A program made the translations under genes and the position numbers. 64,000 nucleotides of DNA from Eubacteriales bacterium. GTDB lineage: Bacteria > Bacillota > Clostridia > Oscillospirales > CAG-272. The stretch lies in the NCBI GenBank assembly GCA_045587025.1, contig JAZNBK010000041.1, positions 40,037 to 104,036 of the forward strand, in the 5' to 3' direction. Shown here piece by piece: positions 32,592 to 42,893 of this stretch (positions are counted from its first letter, which is position 1; each line of letters starts with the position of its first letter). Under the pieces are notes generated by a model. The model saw only the letters and a program-made list of their open reading frames with translations, was not told the DNA's origin and ran no database searches.

Positions 32592-34880
32592 TTGAACATA
32601 CCCCACAAGGCGTCAAAAAAAGACAATATAGGACTTACGCACAAAAGAGCTTTTGCAGTATTCTGCGTGTTTGGCGCAGCTCTGCTCTTTTTGGTAGGGA
32701 AAATTTTTTATATGCAGTACTTTAAGTATGATAGCTATCAGCAAAAGGTACTCGACCAAATAACGTACAGCTCTTCTCTTTCTGCAAGGCGCGGAAATAT
32801 TTACGACTCAAACATGAATCCCTTGGCGACTAACAAAACCGTTTGGCGTATATTCATTTCTCCGAAAGATATATACGAATACAGCATAAAAAACAACCTG
32901 AATTATTCAGACATTATATCAAAAGGGCTTTCCGAAATTCTCGATATTCCTTACGATACCATATATGAGAAAACGCAAAAGAAAAACCGTCTCGACGAGA
33001 CGATAATGAAGGAAGTGGACGAAAAGACGACCGATAAGGTTCTCACATTCATCACCGAGAACGGACTTTCGAGAATGGTCTATACTCAAGCCAGCACGAC
33101 GAGATATTATCCGTTTGGAAATTTAGCCGCGCACGTTATCGGCTTTACGGGAAGCGATAATCAAGGTCTTTTCGGTCTCGAGCAATACTACGACGATGAC
33201 CTGACGGGTGTTGACGGAAAGTACATTACGGCGGTAGACGCTCACAGTAACGAAATTCCCTACGATTATTCGAGCTACATACCCGCAAAGGACGGTCTCA
33301 GCATCGTCACGACCATAGATTCCTTCATTCAAAGGGAGCTTGAAAACGAGCTCGCGGAAATCATTTCCGAGTTTAACGTCCAAAATCGCGCGACGGGAAT
33401 AGTGATGAACGTAAATACAGGCGCTATATACGCAATGGCTACCGCGCCTGATTTTAATTTGAACGAGCCGTACGTATTGGACGAAGTTTCAGAAAGTATA
33501 TTAAAAGGAAGCAATTATGCAGAGGATAGCGACGAGTATAAATCGTTACGCACTTCTCTGCTCTACGATATGTGGAGAAACAAGGCGGTAAGCGAGTTGT
33601 ACGAGCCCGGCTCCACCTACAAAATCATAACCGCTTCTATGGGAATAGAGCTCGGCGCTACGACCTATAACGACCACTCGTTTAGCTGCCCCGGATATCA
33701 CATCGTAGGAGGCGCCAGAATCGGTTGTTGGCGTCCTGCCGGTCACGGCTCGGGAATCACCTTCGCATACGGATTACAGCAATCCTGCAACCCCACTCTT
33801 ATGCAGCTCGCCGCAAGAATAGGCAGCTCAAACTTCTATAACTATTTCAAATCGTTTGGCTACCTTTCAAAAACGGGCATCGACCTTCCGAGCGAAAGCC
33901 AAACTATCTTCCACACCGAAAAAGGTCTCGGAACGGTTGAATTGGCGACCGCTTCTTTCGGACAGCGTTTCAAGGTAACACCTATACAGCAAATTACGGC
34001 TATTGCGGCAGTTGCAAACGGCGGATATCTGGTAACACCCCATCTAATCGACTCTCTTATAGACAGCGAGGGCAATACGGTATATCAGTACGAGCAGGAG
34101 ACGAAGCGGCAGGTAATATCGTCGCAAACCGCAAAAGTAGTCAGTGAAATACTTGAGGAAGGCGTTTCAGGCACGGGCGCCTCAAAGAACGCTTACGTCG
34201 CAGGATACAGAATAGCTGCGAAAACAGGTACGAGTGAAAAGCTTGATAAGCCCGATAAGAACGGAAACTTTACGCTCCGCATAGGTTCCTGCGTTGCATA
34301 CGCGCCTTACGTCGATACGTCGATAGCGGTAATAATAATAGTAGATGAGCCAATCGTAAACTATTACGGCGCTACGGTTGCAGCTCCCTACATTTCCGAC
34401 CTTCTGACGAAAATTATGCCTTATCTCGGATATGAGCCGAATTATACCGACGAACAGCTCAACTCTCTTTCTGTAAGGATAGGAAATTACGTCGGAAAAA
34501 CCGTAGGTGCGGCAAAGAAAGCTCTTTCCTCACTCGGACTCTCATCAGACGCATTGGGCGCTGACGACAGCGCGATAATTACCGCTCAAAGTCCCGCTCC
34601 CTCAACCTCACTTACAAAGAATATGGGCTCTGTAATCCTGTATACCGAGTATAATAACACGGAAACTACGACAGTTCCAAACGTTCTTGGAAAGAGCGTA
34701 ACGGAAGCAAACCAGATACTCCTTTCAAGAGGTCTTAATATCAAGGTAGAGGGCGCAAAGAATTACGCAATAAGCGATACGGTATACGCAAAGGCGACCT
34801 ATCAATCTATAGAAGCGGGTATGTCGGCAGAAAAAGGAACCGTAATTACGGTAAAATTTCTTTACGACGACCGCGATTAA
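32592..34880 (+). CDS. Class B penicillin-binding protein (FtsI/PBP2B/SpoVD-like) with two C-terminal PASTA-like domains
   Basis: SxxK GSTYKI, SxN QQSCNP, KTGT. The start is either TTG 32592 (GGGAGG 7 nt upstream) or TTG 32577 as in the track. Confidence 0.92.
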   Translation: MNIPHKASKKDNIGLTHKRAFAVFCVFGAALLFLVGKIFYMQYFKYDSYQQKVLDQITYSSSLSARRGNIYDSNMNPLATNKTVWRIFISPKDIYEYSIKNNLNYSDIISKGLSEILDIPYDTIYEKTQKKNRLDETIMKEVDEKTTDKVLTFITENGLSRMVYTQASTTRYYPFGNLAAHVIGFTGSDNQGLFGLEQYYDDDLTGVDGKYITAVDAHSNEIPYDYSSYIPAKDGLSIVTTIDSFIQRELENELAEIISEFNVQNRATGIVMNVNTGAIYAMATAPDFNLNEPYVLDEVSESILKGSNYAEDSDEYKSLRTSLLYDMWRNKAVSELYEPGSTYKIITASMGIELGATTYNDHSFSCPGYHIVGGARIGCWRPAGHGSGITFAYGLQQSCNPTLMQLAARIGSSNFYNYFKSFGYLSKTGIDLPSESQTIFHTEKGLGTVELATASFGQRFKVTPIQQITAIAAVANGGYLVTPHLIDSLIDSEGNTVYQYEQETKRQVISSQTAKVVSEILEEGVSGTGASKNAYVAGYRIAAKTGTSEKLDKPDKNGNFTLRIGSCVAYAPYVDTSIAVIIIVDEPIVNYYGATVAAPYISDLLTKIMPYLGYEPNYTDEQLNSLSVRIGNYVGKTVGAAKKALSSLGLSSDALGADDSAIITAQSPAPSTSLTKNMGSVILYTEYNNTETTTVPNVLGKSVTEANQILLSRGLNIKVEGAKNYAISDTVYAKATYQSIEAGMSAEKGTVITVKFLYDDRD

Positions 34881-35010
34881 ATCACTTGAACGGATAAAGG
34901 ACGTATATCACAAAGGATAATAAAAGATGTCGAAACCATTTTCGAAATATAAGAGCGAGGGCAAAAGCGCTTTTGCTTCCTATATTAATATCTTTTGTGA
35001 GGTGTCCGAT

Positions 35011-36531
35011 TTGAAACTTTCAGAGCTTATCTATGAAAACGAATACTCAAGCAAATGCCCTGCAAACGTTATAGAAATTACAGAAATTGTTACCGACACG
35101 TCTAAAATCACAAAAAACTGCCTCTTTATTTGTATCGCGGGCAGAAAATATAATCCGCACAAAATGCTCGATTATATTGCAAAAAAAGGCGCAGCGGCTA
35201 TTATAACGCAGGTAGGCGAGGAATACGAAAGGACTATTTCAGCGCCTATCTTTGAGGTTAATAACTCAAGGGAGATACTCTCGCTTGCTTATGCAAGGTT
35301 TTACAAAAATCCGCAAAAGCGCCTGCGTATGATAGGAATTACAGGCACTAACGGAAAAACCTCTACCTCTTATATTCTGCGTTCGATTTTAAGACGCGCG
35401 GGATATAAGGTAGGACTTATAGGCACTGTTGAATGTCTAATCGAAAACGAAGTTTACAGTCTGCCCGACAACACGCAAAACGCAGATAAGCTAAAGACGA
35501 TGACCACTCCCGACGCAGAGATACTTTATAAAATTCTCGACAAAATGGTATCGGCGGGAATTGAATACGTTATTATGGAGGTATCTTCTCATTCCCTTGC
35601 GCTAAAAAAGGTTTCTCCGATATTTTTCGATATTGCTATATTTACGAACCTCGCCCCCGAGCATCTCGATTTTCATATAACTATGGAAAACTATATGCTA
35701 TCAAAAGCGGAGCTTTTCAGACGTTGCAAATACGGAATATTCAATTGTGATAGCGAATACGCGCAAGAGATAATAAACAAGAGCTCTTGCGAGGTCATAC
35801 GCTGTTCCGTTTCGGGACGTGAGAAATACAGGGCAGAGGACGTGAAATTATTAGGCAGTCGCGGCGTGGAATATATCTATTCAAGCCCCGATTTGCAGAT
35901 GAAAATCAAAAGCGGAATACCCGCCGTATTCACGGTATACAATTCCCTGTTCGCAATTATAGCGGCGTTAAAATTAGGCGTCCCCTATCAAACGATAATA
36001 GACGCTTTATATTATATACCGAGCGTTTCCGGGCGTCTCGAACGCCTGAATCTCGGAGACGAGGACAATGAATTTTCCGTCTTTATTGACTTCGCTCATA
36101 CCGAATCTGCTCTTAAAAACATACTAAATACGGTGAGGAGCTTTCGCTCGGGCGGCGAAAGGATAGTTCTCCTGTTCGGCTGCGGCGGAAACCGTGACAG
36201 AACGAAAAGAGCGCCTATGGGCAGAGTGGCGGAAGAGCTTTCCGATTTTGTAATCGTAACGTCCGATAATAGCAGAAACGAGGATAAAAAACAGATAATA
36301 AGAGATATTTTGGAGGGAATGAACGACGTGAACAAGCGCCGTGTCATTCTTGACAGAAAAAAGGCGATAGAATACGCCATATTAAACGCAAAAAAGAACG
36401 ATATAATTATTTTGGCAGGCAAAGGGCACGAAATGTATCAAATAGACAGCGAGGGCGAATACTTTTTTGACGAACGCAAAATAGTTAGCTGCGCGCTTGA
36501 AAAACGCAGAAACGGAGATAATAATAAATGA
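35011..36531 (+). CDS. murE: UDP-N-acetylmuramoyl-L-alanyl-D-glutamate--2,6-diaminopimelate ligase
   Basis: GITGTNGKTSTS. DNSR in the position of the DNPR motif suggests the meso-DAP type (inference). TTG 35011 (GAGGTG RBS) gives the typical (M)KLSELI N-terminus. The track ATG 34927 is the alternative start. Confidence 0.93.
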   Translation: MKLSELIYENEYSSKCPANVIEITEIVTDTSKITKNCLFICIAGRKYNPHKMLDYIAKKGAAAIITQVGEEYERTISAPIFEVNNSREILSLAYARFYKNPQKRLRMIGITGTNGKTSTSYILRSILRRAGYKVGLIGTVECLIENEVYSLPDNTQNADKLKTMTTPDAEILYKILDKMVSAGIEYVIMEVSSHSLALKKVSPIFFDIAIFTNLAPEHLDFHITMENYMLSKAELFRRCKYGIFNCDSEYAQEIINKSSCEVIRCSVSGREKYRAEDVKLLGSRGVEYIYSSPDLQMKIKSGIPAVFTVYNSLFAIIAALKLGVPYQTIIDALYYIPSVSGRLERLNLGDEDNEFSVFIDFAHTESALKNILNTVRSFRSGGERIVLLFGCGGNRDRTKRAPMGRVAEELSDFVIVTSDNSRNEDKKQIIRDILEGMNDVNKRRVILDRKKAIEYAILNAKKNDIIILAGKGHEMYQIDSEGEYFFDERKIVSCALEKRRNGDNNK

Positions 36532-37940
36532 GGATTAAATTGGCTTATCCCCTGACTCTTGGGGCGATAGCGGAATATACAAATGCAGAAATTTTCTTAA
36601 ATCAGGATAAAATAATAAATTTTATAACTACGGACACAAGAGAGCTTGAAGCAGGAGATTTGTTCGTAGCTCTGAAGGGCGAAAGCTTCGACGGCAATGA
36701 CTATGCGCCCAAAGCCATTGAATTGGGCGCCATAGGCGCATTGTGCGACAGAGTTGCGCCCGGAGCGGACGACAGTAAAATGCTGATCTGCTCTGATACC
36801 GTAGCGGCGCTCGGTGCGCTTGCAAAGCAATATCTTTCTTTACACAGAAAAAAGGTCGTCGCAATTACGGGAAGCGTCGGAAAAACGACAACGAAGGAAT
36901 TCGTTTATTCCGTGCTTTCTCAAAAATTCAAGGTGCACAAAACCGCGGGAAATCTCAACAACGAGCTTGGTCTCCCCTACACCGTGCTTTCAATGCCTCA
37001 GGACGCGCAAATTCTCGTAACCGAAATGGGAATGAGCGGTCTCGGAGAAATTGAATATCTGTCCGAAATTGCAAAGCCGGATATCGCGCTTGTAACGATA
37101 ATAGGTTCTTCACACCTGGAGCATCTCGGCACGAGGGAGAACATTTGTAAAGCAAAAATGGAAATAGTAAAGGGAATGAACAAAGAGGGCGTCCTGCTCG
37201 TAAACGGCGACGAGCCGTTGCTCCGTTCTCAGTCCTATTCAAAATATAATCCAAGATTCCTTTCGCTGTCAAATTCGAGCGAGCCGTCTGAATACAAGGT
37301 CAGCAATATAACGACGGAGAAGGAATTTACCCTCTTTGATTTTTCATACAACAAAGATACCTTCAAGCTGAAGGCGAGCGGTATAGGAAGGCATATTGCT
37401 CAGGCAGGAGCTTTCGCCTCTGCCGTTGGTCTTATGCTCGGTATGGAAAGAGAAGAAATAGAAAAAGGTCTCATGAGCTACAAGACCGAAAAAATGCGTC
37501 AAAACATATATAAAATCGGAGAAATAACTATAATAGACGACTGTTATAACGCTTCTCCCGAATCTATGCGCGCGGCATCAGACGTGCTTTTCGATATTGC
37601 GAAGAGAGAAAATTCCCGCGCCGTTGCCCTGCTCGGCGATATGAAGGAATTAGGAGAAAACACACGCGTTCTGCACGAGGGCGTGGGCGAATATCTCGCA
37701 AAAAACGGACTAGCCCTTCTCTTCACCTTCGGTTTAATTGCGGAAAACTATGCAATTGGGGCGAAAAAAGGCGGAATGGATACGTCGGATATCTTTTCAA
37801 ATCCCAACGTAACTGCGCCTGAAATAAGCGGAGACGCACTCGTAAAGCATTTAAGAGCGGGCGACGTTTTGTTAATTAAAGCGTCTCGCGCCATGTCAGC
37901 CGAAAAAATCATAAATTATCTAAGCGAGCATATAAATTAA
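36528..37940 (+). CDS. murF: UDP-N-acetylmuramoyl-tripeptide--D-alanyl-D-alanine ligase
   Basis: 470 aa. AITGSVGKTTTKE. Overlaps the murE stop by 4 nt. Confidence 0.95.
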   Translation: MRIKLAYPLTLGAIAEYTNAEIFLNQDKIINFITTDTRELEAGDLFVALKGESFDGNDYAPKAIELGAIGALCDRVAPGADDSKMLICSDTVAALGALAKQYLSLHRKKVVAITGSVGKTTTKEFVYSVLSQKFKVHKTAGNLNNELGLPYTVLSMPQDAQILVTEMGMSGLGEIEYLSEIAKPDIALVTIIGSSHLEHLGTRENICKAKMEIVKGMNKEGVLLVNGDEPLLRSQSYSKYNPRFLSLSNSSEPSEYKVSNITTEKEFTLFDFSYNKDTFKLKASGIGRHIAQAGAFASAVGLMLGMEREEIEKGLMSYKTEKMRQNIYKIGEITIIDDCYNASPESMRAASDVLFDIAKRENSRAVALLGDMKELGENTRVLHEGVGEYLAKNGLALLFTFGLIAENYAIGAKKGGMDTSDIFSNPNVTAPEISGDALVKHLRAGDVLLIKASRAMSAEKIINYLSEHIN

Positions 37941-37977
37941 TATAAATTATAAGACCATCATAAGAAAGGAATACTCT

Positions 37978-38967
37978 ATGCCAACTATTGCTTATTATCT
38001 GATCTCGTTAGTCGCTGTTTTCGCTTTAACAGCGCTGTTTACACGATACCTCATACCGAAGCTCAAAAGCTGGAAAATGGGGCAGAAAATTTTAGATATA
38101 GGCCCTCGTTGGCACAAATCAAAGGAAAATACGCCTACTATGGGCGGACTTGCATTTTTAGTTTCCGCGACCTTGGTTTGCGCCGTTTTAGCCGTCGTTG
38201 CCCGTCGTGACGCAACGTTAAAGGAACTGCTTTTCATGATCTTTACGCTCCTGTATGCAATTGCTAACGGCATTACGGGAATTATAGACGATATGGTAAA
38301 ATTCAGAAAGCAGCAAAACGAAGGTCTGACGAAAACGCAAAAAATCATTTTGCAGATAGTTTTTTCAGGCGCATACTTGGCTCTTTTGAGAATTTACGAG
38401 CTTATAGAGACAAGCGCTTATATTCCCTTCCTTGACACTTACGTAGAGCTTGGCTTCGCTTATTATTTCTTCGCTATGGTACTCTGCGTAGGAGTTGTAA
38501 ATTTTGCTAATTTCACAGACGGCATAGACGGACTTCTTTCCTCCGTTACTATGATAATAGGTCTTTTCTTCGCATATGCGTCTATTCGATACGATTTAAT
38601 TTCATCCACTATCATATCGGGCGCTTTATCGGGCGCAACCCTTGGATTTTTGGTATATAATTTCTACCCTGCTAAAATTTTCATGGGAGACACCGGCTCG
38701 CTCTTCTTAGGCGGACTCGTCGTCGGCTCTGCGTTTATGATAAACAACCCGCTCATCGTTATCCTCGTGGGCATTATCTATATATTTGAAGGCATTTCGG
38801 TAGCCCTTCAGATATGCTCCTTCAAGCTTACCAGAAAGCGTATATTCAAAATGGCGCCGATACACCACCATTTCGAAAAATGCGGTTGGAGCGAGATAAA
38901 AATAGTCAGTGTATTTTCTATTATCACGCTTATCGCTTGTATAATTTCCGCATTTGGTCTCAACTGA
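37978..38967 (+). CDS. mraY: Phospho-N-acetylmuramoyl-pentapeptide transferase
   Basis: 329 aa, 10-TM pattern. NFTDGIDGL, MGDTGSL, HHHFE. Confidence 0.97.
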   Translation: MPTIAYYLISLVAVFALTALFTRYLIPKLKSWKMGQKILDIGPRWHKSKENTPTMGGLAFLVSATLVCAVLAVVARRDATLKELLFMIFTLLYAIANGITGIIDDMVKFRKQQNEGLTKTQKIILQIVFSGAYLALLRIYELIETSAYIPFLDTYVELGFAYYFFAMVLCVGVVNFANFTDGIDGLLSSVTMIIGLFFAYASIRYDLISSTIISGALSGATLGFLVYNFYPAKIFMGDTGSLFLGGLVVGSAFMINNPLIVILVGIIYIFEGISVALQICSFKLTRKRIFKMAPIHHHFEKCGWSEIKIVSVFSIITLIACIISAFGLN

Positions 38968-38997
38968 TTAAAACTGAACTGAAAAGGAGTCCTGTCT

Positions 38998-40407
38998 ATG
39001 CAAAATGATAACAAAAACCAGAACGAAATCGGCTTCGGCAGGTCTTCTTCTGTAACGCAGTCACAAGCAGTTAACGGCTCTAACGGGCAAGAATTACATA
39101 AAAATCAAAAGAGTAGCGGCTCTCGCAAAAAAGGAATTTCGTCCTTTTTCCGCGACATTTCCCTCTCCGACGCCTTCGGAAAAGAAAACGACCTGCCAAG
39201 CTTTATAAAGCGGTTACCAAAGCCGCTTCGTATCCTCTGGCAGATGGCGTTTGGCGGCGCTGACAAAAATGCGAAAAAGCTCGTCCCTCGGGACTGCGCC
39301 GGAATTGACCGTGTGATGCTTATTATTATTTGTATTCTCATTTGTATCGGCTCGGTAATGGTTTTCAGCGCCAGCTACGCATATGCGGAAACACGCTATA
39401 ACGACAGCTTACATTTCGTAAAGAAGCAATGTATGTTCGTAATACTTGGCTTTATCGCTATGTTTTTAACCTCAATATTTACTCCCGAGTTTTACAAGAC
39501 GATAGCAAGAGGTGTTTATGCCGTATCGCTTTTGCTTCTTGTAGCGGTTCTTATAATGGGCTTTGCGGGAAACGGAGCGCAGAGGTGGTTAAGTATAGGC
39601 CCTATATCATTTCAGCCGTCAGAAATAGCCAAAATGGCTCTGGTAATGGTTCTCGCCTGGTATTATTCCGTTTTCGGCGACAGGGCAATGGACTATAAAA
39701 ACAAAAGAAAATCCATGTTTTACGGAATTTTATATCCCTTTGCTATCATCGGAATAACTGCAGGTCTCGTAATGCTCGAAAAGCATTTGTCCTGCCTTAT
39801 AATTTTAGGTTGTATAGGTCTTATAATAATGTTCGTCGCCGGCTCTAACGCAAAAGTTTTGGGAATCCTTTGCGGCGGCGGACTTCTCGGCGTGGGAACG
39901 CTCGCAGTCGCGCTTGAGTATACTCGCAAGCGTCTCGTAATCTGGCTCAATCCTGAAAAGTACCCTCTTGCAGGCGGCTGGCAAACTCTCGAAGGTATGA
40001 TGGCTATCGGCTCGGGCGGACTTCTCGGCTTAGGACTCGGGAACAGCAGAATGAAATACAGCTATGTTTCAGAGCCGGCGAATGACTTCATCTTCACTAT
40101 CACCTGCGAGGAGCTCGGCTTTGTGGGCGCCGTAGTAATAATCGCGATATTTGCCCTTTTCATTTGGAGGGGCTACGTAATCGCTCTGAACAACCGCGAC
40201 ACATTTTCAAGGATCACCGCCTTTGGAATAACGACTCAGGTGGCGGTGCAAGTAGTTTTGAACATTGCCGTAGTTACCAACTCTATCCCCAACACCGGTA
40301 TAGCGCTTCCCTTCTTTAGCTACGGAGGCACTTCACTCGTGATTCTTTTCGCTGAAATGGGAATCCTGCTTTCCATATCGCGCTTCTCTCATTTAAAATA
40401 CAGATAA
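38998..40407 (+). CDS. ftsW: SEDS-family peptidoglycan polymerase FtsW/SpoVE with ~105-aa N-terminal extension
   Basis: 469 aa. QPSEIAK, PNTGIALPFFSYGGTS. A polar Ser/Gln/Lys-rich N-terminus precedes the first TM. Confidence 0.92.
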   Translation: MQNDNKNQNEIGFGRSSSVTQSQAVNGSNGQELHKNQKSSGSRKKGISSFFRDISLSDAFGKENDLPSFIKRLPKPLRILWQMAFGGADKNAKKLVPRDCAGIDRVMLIIICILICIGSVMVFSASYAYAETRYNDSLHFVKKQCMFVILGFIAMFLTSIFTPEFYKTIARGVYAVSLLLLVAVLIMGFAGNGAQRWLSIGPISFQPSEIAKMALVMVLAWYYSVFGDRAMDYKNKRKSMFYGILYPFAIIGITAGLVMLEKHLSCLIILGCIGLIIMFVAGSNAKVLGILCGGGLLGVGTLAVALEYTRKRLVIWLNPEKYPLAGGWQTLEGMMAIGSGGLLGLGLGNSRMKYSYVSEPANDFIFTITCEELGFVGAVVIIAIFALFIWRGYVIALNNRDTFSRITAFGITTQVAVQVVLNIAVVTNSIPNTGIALPFFSYGGTSLVILFAEMGILLSISRFSHLKYR

Positions 40408-40423
40408 TTTAAAAGGAGCGATT

Positions 40424-41533
40424 ATGAAAATTCTATTGACAGGCGGCGGTACTGCGGGGCACGTAAATCCCGCAATAGCGATAGCTCAGATAATAAAGGA
40501 AAACAATAAGGATGCAGAAATTGCGTTCGTAGGCACGAGCCGAGGCATTGAAAACAAATTGGTAACGAATGCGGGCTTTCCTATATATCATACAAAAATT
40601 ATGGGCCTCTCGCGCAGTATTTCTCCAAAGAACCTTTACGCTCTGTGGCTCGCATTCTACTCGCCGTTAAAGGCGAGGGCGCTCGTTCGAAAATTCAAGC
40701 CGGACCTCATCGTAGGAACAGGCGGATACGTGTGCTGGCCGACGTTAAAGGCAGGTGTCAGCTTAGGCGTAAAAACTGCGCTCCACGAGTCAAACGTCGT
40801 GCCCGGCGTTGCAGTTAAGATGCTGCAAGACAGCGTAGACAAGATACTTCTGAACTTTGAAGAAAGCAAAAAAGAATTAAAGCACCCCGAAAAAGCTATC
40901 ACGGTAGGAAACCCTATGAGAGTTGGCTTCAAGCTCGGAAACAGAGAAAAAACGCGCAATGAGCTCGGGTTAAAGGATGAAGATAAGCTTATCCTCTCCT
41001 TTGGCGGAAGCTTAGGGGCGGCAGAGGTAAATAACGCCTGTATCGAAATGATGGCGAATTACTCAAGTAAAAACGAAAACGTTTTCCATATTCACGCCAC
41101 TGGCGAAAAAAATTACGAGGGGTGCAAGGCAAAATTCGATTCCCTTATTCCCTCCCCATCAGCCAACGTTAAAATAGAAAAGTATATAGATAATATGCCC
41201 GAGCTTATGAGCGCCTGCGACGTCGTTATCGCGAGAGCGGGGGCAATGACGCTTTCCGAAATTGCGCTTATGGGAAAGGCAAGCATCCTTATCCCGTCTC
41301 CAAACGTAACTAATAATCATCAATATAAAAATGCGAAAGCACTCTCAGATAAAGACGCAACTCTGCTTTTAGAGGAAAAGGACCTGACCTGCGAAACGCT
41401 CACAAGGTCTGTTAAAAGTATTCTTGAAGATAAGAAAAGAAAAGAACAGCTCGAAGAAAACGTAAAGAGCTTCGCAGTAAGCGACGCGAACAAGAGAGTT
41501 TACGAGGAGCTTATAAAGCTCATAAAGGAATAG
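40424..41533 (+). CDS. murG: UDP-GlcNAc:lipid I N-acetylglucosaminyltransferase
   Basis: 369 aa. GGGTAGHVNPA; C-terminal RAGAMTLSE. Confidence 0.96.
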   Translation: MKILLTGGGTAGHVNPAIAIAQIIKENNKDAEIAFVGTSRGIENKLVTNAGFPIYHTKIMGLSRSISPKNLYALWLAFYSPLKARALVRKFKPDLIVGTGGYVCWPTLKAGVSLGVKTALHESNVVPGVAVKMLQDSVDKILLNFEESKKELKHPEKAITVGNPMRVGFKLGNREKTRNELGLKDEDKLILSFGGSLGAAEVNNACIEMMANYSSKNENVFHIHATGEKNYEGCKAKFDSLIPSPSANVKIEKYIDNMPELMSACDVVIARAGAMTLSEIALMGKASILIPSPNVTNNHQYKNAKALSDKDATLLLEEKDLTCETLTRSVKSILEDKKRKEQLEENVKSFAVSDANKRVYEELIKLIKE

Positions 41534-41556
41534 CGCAATCTGAAAGGAAGTAAAAA

Positions 41557-42642
41557 ATGCGATATAATTATGATGACGAGCACACAAAAATTATGCCGTC
41601 AGCCAAGGATATCCACGCAAAAAAAGAGGCAAAATCCGTGAGCAAAAGCTCGGCAGAACCAAAAGATAGAAGAACCGTCAGAAATCAAAGCGGCGTAAAT
41701 CGCCCTACGGGATTCAGACCTGTTTCTGCTGCGCCGCAGTCAGAACTGCAAAAAAAATCCGTACCTCAGAGCAAATCTTCTCCTAAACCCCTGAACGAAA
41801 ATTATAGTAAACAAAACGCTGAGCCGACGGCTTCTGCGAGAAGGAAAACCGAGAGGAATAAAAAAGGTCACGTGCCTTCACGGTTTACAGGACTTCTGCT
41901 CGCAATTATTCTGCTCATTTCGATTATATGCCTGGTTTGTTTTTCAATCTTATCGACTAAAATAACTAATATTTATATTAAAGACGAGGACAATGGCTTT
42001 AACGATTTCATTCTCTCCTCCTGCGAAAAGCTAAAGGGAAAATCATACCTTTTCATCTCCACAAAAGCCATAGAAGCGGAAATACTGAAAGAATCTCCTT
42101 TGATTAAGGACGTTAAGTTTACAGGTAAATTTCCAAGAAAGCTGCAAATTTCGGCAATCTACGATAATCCCGATTTTTACACCGTTGCAAACGACGTCGT
42201 ATATACCCTGAATTCAGACCTGAAGGTGCTGGGAATGTCTGATATAAGCGATGAAGCCACACTATCGGAGGCGTCCCTTGTCAAACTCCTTCTGCCCGAA
42301 TTTAAAGAAGCAAAATTGGGAGAATTTCTGGAGTTTACAAGCAGTGACGCCTATATAAAAAGAGTTTGCGACGCGCTTTGCAGCTACACTGCTCTCGGTG
42401 AAATTTCTTTTATTAATTTGACCAACACGCAAAGGATATACTTCATTTTTGACACCAACTACCGCTGCGATTTAGGCGACTCGGGCGACCTTGATACAAA
42501 GCTCATCTCTGCCGAAAATATATACGAAAAGAAGATAATACCTATAAAAAGCGCTTCCCCGAACAGAACCGCAATAATTAACGTTGCTACCCCCGCTTCC
42601 GCAAGCATAAGAACCGACGTGGATTTGGGTGTAACGAAGTAA
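41557..42642 (+). CDS. ftsQ: FtsQ/DivIB-type cell-division protein with ~105-aa basic low-complexity N-terminus
   Basis: 361 aa. A single TM (LLLAIILLISIICLVCFSIL) followed by a POTRA-like region (ITNIYIKDEDNGF...). Position between murG and ftsZ. Confidence 0.75.
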   Translation: MRYNYDDEHTKIMPSAKDIHAKKEAKSVSKSSAEPKDRRTVRNQSGVNRPTGFRPVSAAPQSELQKKSVPQSKSSPKPLNENYSKQNAEPTASARRKTERNKKGHVPSRFTGLLLAIILLISIICLVCFSILSTKITNIYIKDEDNGFNDFILSSCEKLKGKSYLFISTKAIEAEILKESPLIKDVKFTGKFPRKLQISAIYDNPDFYTVANDVVYTLNSDLKVLGMSDISDEATLSEASLVKLLLPEFKEAKLGEFLEFTSSDAYIKRVCDALCSYTALGEISFINLTNTQRIYFIFDTNYRCDLGDSGDLDTKLISAENIYEKKIIPIKSASPNRTAIINVATPASASIRTDVDLGVTK

Positions 42643-42893
42643 TTTCTCAGTTTTTTCTTGTATGATAAAAAACTATGCAAAAAAATGTTAACAAACGGTT
42701 AATTTTTGCAAAAATGCTTGAAAATAACCCCCTAAAAATTGTATTATATAACCATAAGGTTATATTAGATTAAACTTGAAATGTCATCGTATTTTTCGTG
42801 TGCCATTTTTTAATCTAAGCAACACGATTTTAAAAACAAACAGGGGGCATCGGACAAGCGCCGAGCGCTTATCTGTCACGGGAGGTATCATTT

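Noticed and set aside
42643-42893. Possible degraded ftsA remnant in the ftsQ-ftsZ gap.
   Set aside because: The gap is only 251 nt, AT-rich and promoter-like, with no ORF fragment or actin-fold motif in any frame.
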